A DNA stretch of 64,000 nucleotides from an uncultured delta proteobacterium (GTDB lineage Bacteria; Myxococcota; UBA727; VGSZ01): positions 384,001 to 448,000 of the forward strand of contig CAVZJB010000005.1 in the NCBI GenBank assembly GCA_963775425.1, written 5' to 3'. Shown here piece by piece: positions 1 to 8,252 of the stretch. The notes under the pieces were generated by a model that had not been told where the DNA came from, ran no database searches, and was given only the letters and a program-made list of their open reading frames with translations. Within the stretch, counting starts at the first letter, position 1; every line of letters begins with the position of its first letter. The position numbers were made by a program, and so were the translations under genes.

Positions 1-1
1 C

Positions 2-133
2 CGGCTCATCGACGACGGCTTGCTGCACGTGCCGGTCACGGAGGTGATGCCGCTCGAGCAGGCGCGCCGCGCGCACGAGATCAGCGAGAGCGGGCACGCT
101 CGCGGCAAGCTGGTCTTGAAGGTCACGGCATAG
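2..133 (+). CDS. 3' end of NADP-dependent oxidoreductase (quinone oxidoreductase/MDR family), partial
   Basis: Frame from position 2 reads ...VMPLEQARRAHEISESGHARGKLVLKVTA*, the typical MDR/QOR C-terminus; TAG at 131-133. Confidence 0.75.
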   Translation, partial: RLIDDGLLHVPVTEVMPLEQARRAHEISESGHARGKLVLKVTA

Positions 134-157
134 GGGCGGGGGGCTCGCCCCCGCCTC
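131..157. repeat. GC-rich hairpin, GTAG-type REP-like element or bidirectional terminator between convergent genes
   Basis: TAGGGGCGGGGGGCTCGCCCCCGCCTC; 10-bp stem (one G-U) with 5-nt loop; resembles the element at 35345-35368. Confidence 0.5.
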
Positions 158-163
158 GCGGCG

Positions 164-802
164 TCAGCCCTTGGACATCTCGAGACCGCTCACGTCGATG
201 GCGATCTCGACGTCGCCGGCGGCGGGCTTGTGGTCGCTGTTGGACTCCGACGCCAGGTGCGCGGCGGTCTTGTCGTCGAGCACCTTGGTCGAGAGCGTGC
301 CCTCGACGACGGCCTTCATGCCGACGGCCGAGTGCGGGACGAAGATGTCGTGGGCGCGCGTGGAGATGCGGATGTGGTCCTCGGGCTTGTCGCCCTGCAC
401 CACGAACCAGCAGCCGCGCTTGGAGCAGACGTCGCTGACGGTGCCGGTGAGCTTGACCTTCTTGCCGTCGAGCTCCTTGGCCTTGTGCACGGCCACCGAC
501 ACGGGCGTGGCCTCGAGCGAGGCGGTCAGCGGCGCGCCGCGGCGCACGACGCCGTCGGCGTCGACCTGGTCGCGGTTGGCGGAGCGGGCGGCTTCGCCGC
601 CGTCGTGGTCGGCGTCGGCGTCGGTGCCCTTGTCGACGTCGCCCGCGCCGGCGGCGTCGGCCTTGTCGTCGGACGTGGGCTGCGACGACGGGCCGGGCCT
701 GGTCACCGGCGTGGGTGCCGGCGGCGGCGCCGACGACGTCGTGGCGCACGCGGCGCAGGTGGCGAGGGTGAGGAGCGTGGAGGAGATGACGCGCGTGTAC
801 AT
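164..802 (-). CDS. DUF4920-like lipoprotein
   Basis: Signal peptide with Cys, low-complexity linker, then GTVSDVCSKRGCWF and FVP...VVEG OB-fold pattern. Confidence 0.7.
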   Translation of the reverse strand: MYTRVISSTLLTLATCAACATTSSAPPPAPTPVTRPGPSSQPTSDDKADAAGAGDVDKGTDADADHDGGEAARSANRDQVDADGVVRRGAPLTASLEATPVSVAVHKAKELDGKKVKLTGTVSDVCSKRGCWFVVQGDKPEDHIRISTRAHDIFVPHSAVGMKAVVEGTLSTKVLDDKTAAHLASESNSDHKPAAGDVEIAIDVSGLEMSKG

Positions 803-811
803 GCCCGCCGT

Positions 812-1336
812 CTACGCGGCCGCCGTCGGCTCCACAAGGGGCGCGGCCTGGGAGCGGAGCGCGGCGACGACGTCGTCGCTGGGCGGGATCGCCCGGTAGA
901 CGTTGTTCTGCTCGCGGGCGGTGTGGTGCTCGAGCGTGCCGAGGAGCCGGTAGAGCACGGGGAGGCGCTCCAGGACCGCGCGGCGCGGCGCCGGTGCGTC
1001 CGCCTCCGTCGCGGGGGGCGCGCGCGAGAGCTCCGCGAGGATCGCGCGCACCGCTTCGACGTGGCGCAGGAGGATGGTGTGGTCGCCGGCGACGTGGTCG
1101 AGCCGCCCGGGCCCGTCCTTGGGGGCGTGCGGCGCGTACAGCGGGAGCACCTGCGCCTCTTCGAAGCTCATGTGCACGACGAGGCGCGCGGCCAGCGCCT
1201 CGAATACGGCGGCGGCGCCGGCGACGTCGAGCGACACGAGCTTGTCGAGCACGGCGTAGACGGCGTCCTCGAGCGCGGCGTGCACGGCGCCGTGGATCTC
1301 GAGGAGGGCGGTCGGCTCGGGGGGAGGCGGGGACAT
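812..1336 (-). CDS. hemerythrin (HHE) domain protein
   Basis: H...HMSFEE...DH...HHTAREQ metal-ligand pattern in an all-helical protein. Confidence 0.75.
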   Translation of the reverse strand: MSPPPPEPTALLEIHGAVHAALEDAVYAVLDKLVSLDVAGAAAVFEALAARLVVHMSFEEAQVLPLYAPHAPKDGPGRLDHVAGDHTILLRHVEAVRAILAELSRAPPATEADAPAPRRAVLERLPVLYRLLGTLEHHTAREQNNVYRAIPPSDDVVAALRSQAAPLVEPTAAA

Positions 1337-1383
1337 GGCGCCGGCTACCGCGAAAAAGCCCGTCCCGGTAGGGTCGGTGGAAG

Positions 1384-3804
1384 ATGGCCCCCGGACGGCT
1401 CTTCTCCGCGCCGCGCGCGCCCGCCGAGGGCGAGGTCGATCTGCGCAGCCCCATCGGCGCCTTCGGCCGCTACGACCTCCTCGAGAAGATCGGCGTCGGT
1501 GCGGCGAGCGAGACGTTCGTCGCGCGGTCCGACGGCTTCGAGGGCTTGTTCCGCTTGAGCGCGCTCAAGCGCATGAAGGCCGCGCTGTGTGCGGACACCG
1601 CCCTCGTCTCGCGCTTCATCGAGGAGGCGCGGCTCGCGGTGCGCGTGGAGCACCCGGGCACCGTCACCGTCGACGACTTCGGGCGCGTCGGCGGCGTCTA
1701 CTTCATCGCGTTCGAGCTCGTCGACGGCGTCACGCTCGAGGAGCTCATCGCGCGGCTGGCCGCGCGCGGCCTCGAGCTCGACCCTCGCGCGGCGGCCTAC
1801 ATCGTGCGCGCCGTGGCGCAGGCCGTTGACGCCGTGCACCGCACGCGCGGCGCCGACGGCAACGTCCTCGGCCTCGTCCACGGCGACCTCCAGCCCAAGA
1901 ACGTCCTCGTGTCGCGCGACGGCAAGGTCAAGCTCCGTGGCTTTGCGGCGCCCTCCATCTTCGCGGACGTCGCCACGCTCAAGGACGCGGTCGGCGTCGC
2001 CGGCGTCGCGCACCAGGCGCCCGAGATCCTGGCGGGGGCGTCACCGTCTTCGCGCGGGGACGTCTGGAGCCTCGGCGTGCTGTTGTTCGAGCTGCTCACG
2101 GGTGGCCGCATGTTCACCGGGGGGCGCGTCGACGACGTCGTCACCGGCGTGCGCTCGGTGCCCGTCGCGCCCCCGTCCGCGCGCCGGCCGGGCCTGCCGG
2201 GCGCGCTCGACGCCATCGTCGACGAGGCGCTCGTGCGGGTGGCCGATCAGCGCCCCGGCGACGCGCGCGCGTGGTCGCTCGCCATCGACGCCTTCCTCGA
2301 CGGCGCCGGCTACGAGGAAGCCGCCTTCGCGAGCACCCTCGCGGACCTCGACGACGACGACGCGCGCGGCGGCCCGGTCGGCCGGCAGCCGACGCGCGTC
2401 ACGCGCAACCCGCGCGGCTCCACGGGCAAGCGGTCGAGGTCCGTGGACCTGCCGGCGGCGCCCATGCTCGTCGAGCAGCTCCGCAAGGACCCGGGGCCGT
2501 GGGGCCTCGTGCGGCTCGCGGAGCGCACCGCCGCCGACGGCCGCGTCGACGAAGCGCGGGCCATGTTCCGAGCGGCTGCGGTGCTGTTCGCCTCGCGCGG
2601 GCTGCTCGCGCACGCCCTGTGCGCGTACGACGGGGCGCGCGCCAGCCTCGGCGCCGACGACGTGTCCTTCGATCTCAAGAAGCTCTCCGAGCTCGGCGGC
2701 GGGGACCTCGCGCTGCGGCAACGCGAGCTGCGACGGGTGGGCGGGATCGTGTACCTCGAAGCATTGCGTGCGCAGAGCGACGGACTCGACCGGGGCATCG
2801 CGGTGGCCACGCCGTTTCTGAGCGCGCTGCCGCCCGAGGCGTTTGCGCGGCTGGCGTCGCTGTCGCGCGTTCGCCGCGTGCTCCCGAGCAGCCACGTGTT
2901 GCGCGAGGGAGAGCCCGGCGACTCCTTGTTCGCCATCGGTGAGGGGCGCCTCGTCGTCACCTGCACACCTTCGAGCATCGATCCCGGCGACGGCGCCGTC
3001 GCCATCGACGAGGCGCCCGACGAGTTCGAGGAGCGCACCGATCCCGGCCTCGGCGTCAAGCGCGTCTCCGGCGTGGTGGTGGCGCCTGGTCTGGAGTCGG
3101 AGCTCGGGCGCCAGCTCGACGACGACAACCGCGAGCTGGCCATCGTGGATCCGTCGCAGACGCGCGTGTTCCTCTCGGCGCTCACGAGCGGCGATCTCTT
3201 CGGCGAGTTCTCCTTCCTCACCGGACGTCCGCGCAGCGCGAGCGTGGAGGCGGTGACGTCGTGCCGCCTGGTGGAGATCACCAAGCGCGCCGTGGGCGGC
3301 CTGCTCGATGAGCACCTCGAGCTCCGTGACGCGCTCGAGGCGTTCTACAAAGAGCGCGTGCTCGAGTGGATGCTCGCCAAAAACGAGGTGTTCTCGCTGC
3401 TCGAGCCGGAGACACGGCGCATGTTGCTCTCGCAGTGCGGCGTCTACGACATCCCCGCCGGAAAGACCGTGGTGCGGGAGGGCGAGCTGCACGACGCCAT
3501 GTATTTCATCAAGCGCGGCGAGGTGGAGGTCACCACCACCGACGCCGGCATCCAGGTCTTCATCAACAAGCTCGGCGCCGGCGAGTTCTTCGGCGAGATC
3601 GCCGCGCTCGAGGGCGGGCCCCGGCGGGCGAGCGTCAAGGCGGTCACGGATCTCGAGGTCTTTCGCATCACGCGCAAGGATCTCGCCCACGTCCTGCACG
3701 ACGCCCCCGACGTGAAGCGCCGCCTCGAGCAAGCCATGCGCGCGCGCTCCGCCGAGCTGTCGCGGCGCATCCACGAGCAGCGCAAAGTCCTCGCGTCCAC
3801 GTAA
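1384..3804 (+). CDS. Ser/Thr kinase-like (probable pseudokinase) with two cyclic-nucleotide-binding domains
   Basis: Kinase subdomains ALK, HGDLQPKN, APE, DVWSLG; DFG replaced by GFA; two cNMP motifs GDLFGEFSFL..RSASV and GEFFGEIAAL..RRASV. Confidence 0.85.
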   Translation: MAPGRLFSAPRAPAEGEVDLRSPIGAFGRYDLLEKIGVGAASETFVARSDGFEGLFRLSALKRMKAALCADTALVSRFIEEARLAVRVEHPGTVTVDDFGRVGGVYFIAFELVDGVTLEELIARLAARGLELDPRAAAYIVRAVAQAVDAVHRTRGADGNVLGLVHGDLQPKNVLVSRDGKVKLRGFAAPSIFADVATLKDAVGVAGVAHQAPEILAGASPSSRGDVWSLGVLLFELLTGGRMFTGGRVDDVVTGVRSVPVAPPSARRPGLPGALDAIVDEALVRVADQRPGDARAWSLAIDAFLDGAGYEEAAFASTLADLDDDDARGGPVGRQPTRVTRNPRGSTGKRSRSVDLPAAPMLVEQLRKDPGPWGLVRLAERTAADGRVDEARAMFRAAAVLFASRGLLAHALCAYDGARASLGADDVSFDLKKLSELGGGDLALRQRELRRVGGIVYLEALRAQSDGLDRGIAVATPFLSALPPEAFARLASLSRVRRVLPSSHVLREGEPGDSLFAIGEGRLVVTCTPSSIDPGDGAVAIDEAPDEFEERTDPGLGVKRVSGVVVAPGLESELGRQLDDDNRELAIVDPSQTRVFLSALTSGDLFGEFSFLTGRPRSASVEAVTSCRLVEITKRAVGGLLDEHLELRDALEAFYKERVLEWMLAKNEVFSLLEPETRRMLLSQCGVYDIPAGKTVVREGELHDAMYFIKRGEVEVTTTDAGIQVFINKLGAGEFFGEIAALEGGPRRASVKAVTDLEVFRITRKDLAHVLHDAPDVKRRLEQAMRARSAELSRRIHEQRKVLAST

Positions 3805-3962
3805 TTGTGAGATCGCCTGTCGGCGACCTCACTTGCGCGCTGCGCGCGCCTCGCTCCGCTCGCACGCGGCGTCGGCAGCTTCCGAAGTCGCTGCCTCCGC
3901 CGCGCTTCATTTCTTTGGGCTTGTCGTCGTCGATGATCGGCGCGACGCGCCCCGCGTCGGCG

Positions 3963-6900
3963 TCAGCCCGCGCGGACGGTGACGGCGGGGCGGGCGGCGG
4001 CGCCGACGGTCTCGAGGAAGCGCTCCTTCATGGAGGCGAACATCGCCGGCGCCGGGTCGACGCGCTCCTTCGGCTTCTTCTTCGCCGGCGCCTTTCCGCT
4101 CGCGGCGGCGGCGGCGGCCACGGCGCGCGAGACGCTCGCCGACTCGGCGTCGCGCTTGGCGGCCTCGAAGCCCGCGAGCAGCATGGCCAGGCGCTCCAGC
4201 GGATCGGAGACGCCGGCGAGGTCGAAGACCTCCTCGGGGCCCAGGGCGCGCAGCGCGTCGCCCAGCGCGGCCGGGCCCTTCTTCACGAGGCCGTGGGCGT
4301 CGTTTACGCCGTGGGCCTCGAGCACCGCGCGGCCGCGCGGGCCGTCGAAGAACGCGGCGGCGGCGTCGCCGACGACGAAGTCGCTGAGGCGGTCGAGGTC
4401 GAGGCCGGCGACGAAGAACCGGTCGAGCAGGGTGACGCCGATCTCCACCAGCGCGTCGCGCGAGAACGCCCGCAGCTCGCGCGGGTCGATGCCGGCGTCG
4501 AGGTAGCGGAGCAGGGCGCGCGTGTCGAACAGCGGCGCATAGCGCTTCTCGTGCTCGAGCACGTGCTCGTCGCTCTCCGGCACCTCCGGCGCAACGTCGA
4601 GCGCGGTGACGTCGCCGAGCACCTCGACGTGCCCCGTGGCCTCGTCGAAGCGCATGCCGATGTTGGCGAAGCTCGCCTTGAGCACGTCGACGAGCGGCGC
4701 AGCCTTCGCGGCGACGTCGCCGACCTTGCCGAGCTCGACGAAGCCCGCGTAGCGCTCGGCGCGGGCGCGCGCGAACGCGAGCTCGCCGAGCCGTATCTCC
4801 TTGGCGCCCTCGTTGAGCACGCCCACCTCGCTGTGCAGCGCCCAGTCGACGAAGCTCTTGTCGGGGCTGTCGACGAGGAGATCGAGGTCGCTGCCGCCGC
4901 CGAAGCGCGCCTTGGTGATGCCGCCCATGAGGTGGAGCGAGGCGTCCTTGGCGCGCGGATCCCGCAGGAGCACCCGCGCGGCGTGGAGCAGGTCGCCCTC
5001 CTTCTTCTTGAGCGCGGCCAGCGCCTCGGCGTCGGTGTACGGCGCGGCGAGGTCTCGCTCGAGCTTCTCCGCCCAACGCGACGACATGCGCAGCCGCTCC
5101 GGTCGCTCGGCGAGGAAGGCGAGGTCGGCGCTCTCGAAGATGCGCCACGGCAACCCGTTCAAGAGGTAGCGCGCCGCGTTGGTGCGCATGAGCGTGTACT
5201 CGGGGCCGGCGAAGCGGTCGCCGAGGATGCGCTCCGCGAGCCCGGCTGCGCGCGCGAACGCCGTGGGCGGCGCCGGAGAGAGGTGCTCGGGCGTCGTGAG
5301 GGGCTCGACGCTGACGATGTCCATGGACGCGAGCAGGGCGTCGCCCGCCTCGTCGAACGCGTGCTTGACGGCGCCGTCGGCGAGGTGCGCCTCGAGCGTC
5401 TGCTCCGTGCCCGGGAGGTCGGAGACGATGTGGAGCGCGCCGAAGTCGATGTAGCTGTCCTCGAACGCCTGCGCGAAGAAGCCGCTCTCCATCTCCACGG
5501 CGTCGAAGCCCGCGATGCGCATGTCGGCGATGAGCTCCGCGGTCTCCTCGAGCGGTGAGCGCACGAGGGCCGTCTTCGCCTCCAGCGTGGCCGCCAGCCC
5601 TGCGTCGTCGATGTACGGCTTGAGGAGGTTGTCCACACGAAGCGCGCGGCCGTCGTGGGCTTCGATGCGCGAAGGGAGCACGAGGTCGCCGAGGGCGCTG
5701 TCGACGCCGAGGCCGCCGGCGGTGCCCGCGACCACCACTTTCTGCACGCCTTGCTCGAGGAGCGCCGTCCCCAGGTGCCGCGCGAGCTCTCCGTACGGCA
5801 TCCGCACGATCCGCAGCGCCTTGGGCCGGCCGTCGCTCGTGCGCACGACGAGCGCCGCCTGGTCGAGCATGTCGCCGCCGACGTCGGCGACGTACGCCGC
5901 CGATCCATCGGCCAACGCGCGGGCAGCGTCGACGAGCGCGGCCTGATTCGGCGTTGTGCGCGCGGATGCGCGGGCCGCCCGCTCCTGCAGCGAGGCGACC
6001 GCGCGCTCGACGGACTCCACCGCGCGCTTGCGGCGGAACACGAAGTGCGCCGCGCTCTGCGCGCCGCGCCCGCGCTCCACGAGCGCGAGCGCTTCGGCCA
6101 CGGCGGGCGGGCGCGCGTCCGCGGGGACGGCGGCGAGGACGTCGACGGCGGCGGCGGCGGCGGCGCGTCGCGCGAGATCGCGCTTGAACGTGTTGACGAA
6201 GCCGACGACGACGAGGTCCGGCGCCTGGCCCGTGGCGAGCACCGCGCGCGTATAGGAGCGCACGGCCTCGACGTCGGCGCGCATGGGCTCGCGGCGCAGC
6301 TCGATGTTCTTCCCGGAGACGCCCGCCATGCGCCACAGGAGCTGCTGGTGAAAGACGCGCTCGAAGCCCCACAGCTCCGTCATCACCCAGCGCAGCTCGC
6401 CGGACTCCGCGTTCTTGGCGAGCCAGAGCTGGTTGAAGCGCTCGCCCTTGGGCACCTCGACGCGCGCGACCTCGCCGAAGCCGCGCGCAGCGAGCGATGC
6501 GAACGTCGCCTCGCGGCTGCCCTCGTGGATCTCGACGATCCTCCCGTGGGCCACGACGTCGTCGATCACCGCAGGCCACAAGCGCGCGCGCACGTAACCG
6601 TCGACGTCGTGCATCGAGTGCGGCGCGCTCGGGTCGACGGCGTCCACCTCGGGGAAGTAGCCCGCCCGCACAAGCTCGAGGGGCACCGGCGCGCCGTCGA
6701 CCTGCGGCAGCGGCTGGGCCGGCAGGAGCGCGAAGCGGTCGCGGAAGGTGAGCTCGCCGCGCGTGTGCGTGAGCGCCTCGGCGGCGGCCGCCACCAGGGC
6801 GCCGGCGCGCTCCACGGAGGCGCCGGCGGCGACGAGGGCGGCGGCGGCGACGGCGTCGGCATCGCCTCGCGACAAGCCGTGCGCCCGTGGCGCCGGGGGC

Positions 6901-8246
6901 TCCGCGCGCGCCTCGTCCCCCAGGGCCGCGAGCCTCGCGCGCGCTCGGTCCACCAGGGCGGCGAGCGCGGGGTCCGCGGCTTCGGTGGCCTCCGCCGCAA
7001 CCGCGTCGAGCACGAGCCGCGCGGTGTCGCGCAGCGCGGCGCGGTCGAGCGTCCGGCGGAGCGCGCGCTCGTCGTCGTCGGCGACCGCGCGCAGCGGGGC
7101 GAGCTCGGCGTCGAGCCCCATGTCGGCGAGGGCGGACGCGAGGCCGGTGCGCTGCAGGAAGCCGATGAGCGGCGCCCCCGAGCGCGCGGTGGCGCCGAGC
7201 TTGCGCTTGACGATGGTGCGCAGCGTGTACGCGATGTCGACGACGTCGCCCTGCGGCGGTGCGCGGCCCGCCTTCTTGTAGGCGTGGCGGATGCTCCCGA
7301 GCGCGTCGTCGTCGGGCCTCGTGCCGCCGGTCTGCTCGCGCCACCACGCCGCCGACGCCGCCAGGTTCCCCTCGCGCCGGTGCCGCGCGACCGCCCGGCG
7401 CAGCTCCGCCTCGCCGTCCTCGTCGAAGGAGAGCTGCGGATAGCGGGCGAGCAGCTTGAGCGCGCGCACGGCGTGGCTGAGCCGGCCGTAGGGCTCGCCG
7501 TCGCCGAAGAAGACGTGCACGTGCCCGGCCTCGAGGTCGGCGAGGCCGCGGCCCGAGAAGTCGAAGAGCGTGCCGTCGGCGAGCACGCCGAGCTTGTCGA
7601 TGGTGGCGCCGCGCCGCGTACCCCACGGCGCCGGCTTTTTGAGATCGGCGGCGAAGTCGACCTTCACCTCGGGGGCGATCTCCTTGCACAGCGCGAGCGC
7701 CTCGTCGCGAAACGCGGGGTAGCCGGGCTCCGAGGAGTCATAGAGGAAGTCGATGTCCGAGCCGGCGCCGCGCGCCTCGCCGAGGAGCAGGTCGCGCGCG
7801 CTCCCGCCCCAGACGCCGAAGGTCACGCCGCGCCTCTTCGACAGATCGAAGAGCGCCCGCAGGAGCGCGTCGTCCCGCGCGGCGCGCTCGACGACGGCGC
7901 GGGCCGAGCGCGCCGCGCCGTGGCCGCCCTCGGTACCCGCGCGCTCTCCGCCGCCGGGCCCGGCGCGCCCGACGGGCAGCCGGGCCAGCACCGCGGCCGC
8001 CTCGGCGGGTCCGGTGGCGACGTCTCGCCAGGTGAGGCGCGCTCGCTCGCGCGCCGTCGACGCGTCGCCCGCTTCGCCCGCGTCGAACGCGTCGAGCCCG
8101 CCCGCGCGCGCGCCCTCCGCCGCGACGACGTCGACGACGTCGACGCCGTCTGCGACGAGACCCGCGGGCGCGTCGACGACGGCGGCCCCCGCGTCGGCGG
8201 GACGCGGGGGCGGCTTGCGCGGCGGACCAGGCGGGCCGGGCTTCAT
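3963..8246 (-). CDS. 1427-aa multidomain protein: CCA/poly(A)-polymerase-like nucleotidyltransferase + PNP/nucleosidase-like domain + minimal nucleotidyltransferase
   Basis: VWGGSARDLLLG..SDIDF, RRGATID, GLADLEAG (class II NTase head); VAGTAGGL..GDLVLP..AVEMES..IVSD (PNP_UDP fold); LMGG..RFGGGSDLDLLVD (MNT). Confidence 0.7.
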   Translation of the reverse strand: MKPGPPGPPRKPPPRPADAGAAVVDAPAGLVADGVDVVDVVAAEGARAGGLDAFDAGEAGDASTARERARLTWRDVATGPAEAAAVLARLPVGRAGPGGGERAGTEGGHGAARSARAVVERAARDDALLRALFDLSKRRGVTFGVWGGSARDLLLGEARGAGSDIDFLYDSSEPGYPAFRDEALALCKEIAPEVKVDFAADLKKPAPWGTRRGATIDKLGVLADGTLFDFSGRGLADLEAGHVHVFFGDGEPYGRLSHAVRALKLLARYPQLSFDEDGEAELRRAVARHRREGNLAASAAWWREQTGGTRPDDDALGSIRHAYKKAGRAPPQGDVVDIAYTLRTIVKRKLGATARSGAPLIGFLQRTGLASALADMGLDAELAPLRAVADDDERALRRTLDRAALRDTARLVLDAVAAEATEAADPALAALVDRARARLAALGDEARAEPPAPRAHGLSRGDADAVAAAALVAAGASVERAGALVAAAAEALTHTRGELTFRDRFALLPAQPLPQVDGAPVPLELVRAGYFPEVDAVDPSAPHSMHDVDGYVRARLWPAVIDDVVAHGRIVEIHEGSREATFASLAARGFGEVARVEVPKGERFNQLWLAKNAESGELRWVMTELWGFERVFHQQLLWRMAGVSGKNIELRREPMRADVEAVRSYTRAVLATGQAPDLVVVGFVNTFKRDLARRAAAAAAVDVLAAVPADARPPAVAEALALVERGRGAQSAAHFVFRRKRAVESVERAVASLQERAARASARTTPNQAALVDAARALADGSAAYVADVGGDMLDQAALVVRTSDGRPKALRIVRMPYGELARHLGTALLEQGVQKVVVAGTAGGLGVDSALGDLVLPSRIEAHDGRALRVDNLLKPYIDDAGLAATLEAKTALVRSPLEETAELIADMRIAGFDAVEMESGFFAQAFEDSYIDFGALHIVSDLPGTEQTLEAHLADGAVKHAFDEAGDALLASMDIVSVEPLTTPEHLSPAPPTAFARAAGLAERILGDRFAGPEYTLMRTNAARYLLNGLPWRIFESADLAFLAERPERLRMSSRWAEKLERDLAAPYTDAEALAALKKKEGDLLHAARVLLRDPRAKDASLHLMGGITKARFGGGSDLDLLVDSPDKSFVDWALHSEVGVLNEGAKEIRLGELAFARARAERYAGFVELGKVGDVAAKAAPLVDVLKASFANIGMRFDEATGHVEVLGDVTALDVAPEVPESDEHVLEHEKRYAPLFDTRALLRYLDAGIDPRELRAFSRDALVEIGVTLLDRFFVAGLDLDRLSDFVVGDAAAAFFDGPRGRAVLEAHGVNDAHGLVKKGPAALGDALRALGPEEVFDLAGVSDPLERLAMLLAGFEAAKRDAESASVSRAVAAAAAASGKAPAKKKPKERVDPAPAMFASMKERFLETVGAAARPAVTVRAG

Positions 8247-8252
8247 CGACGC

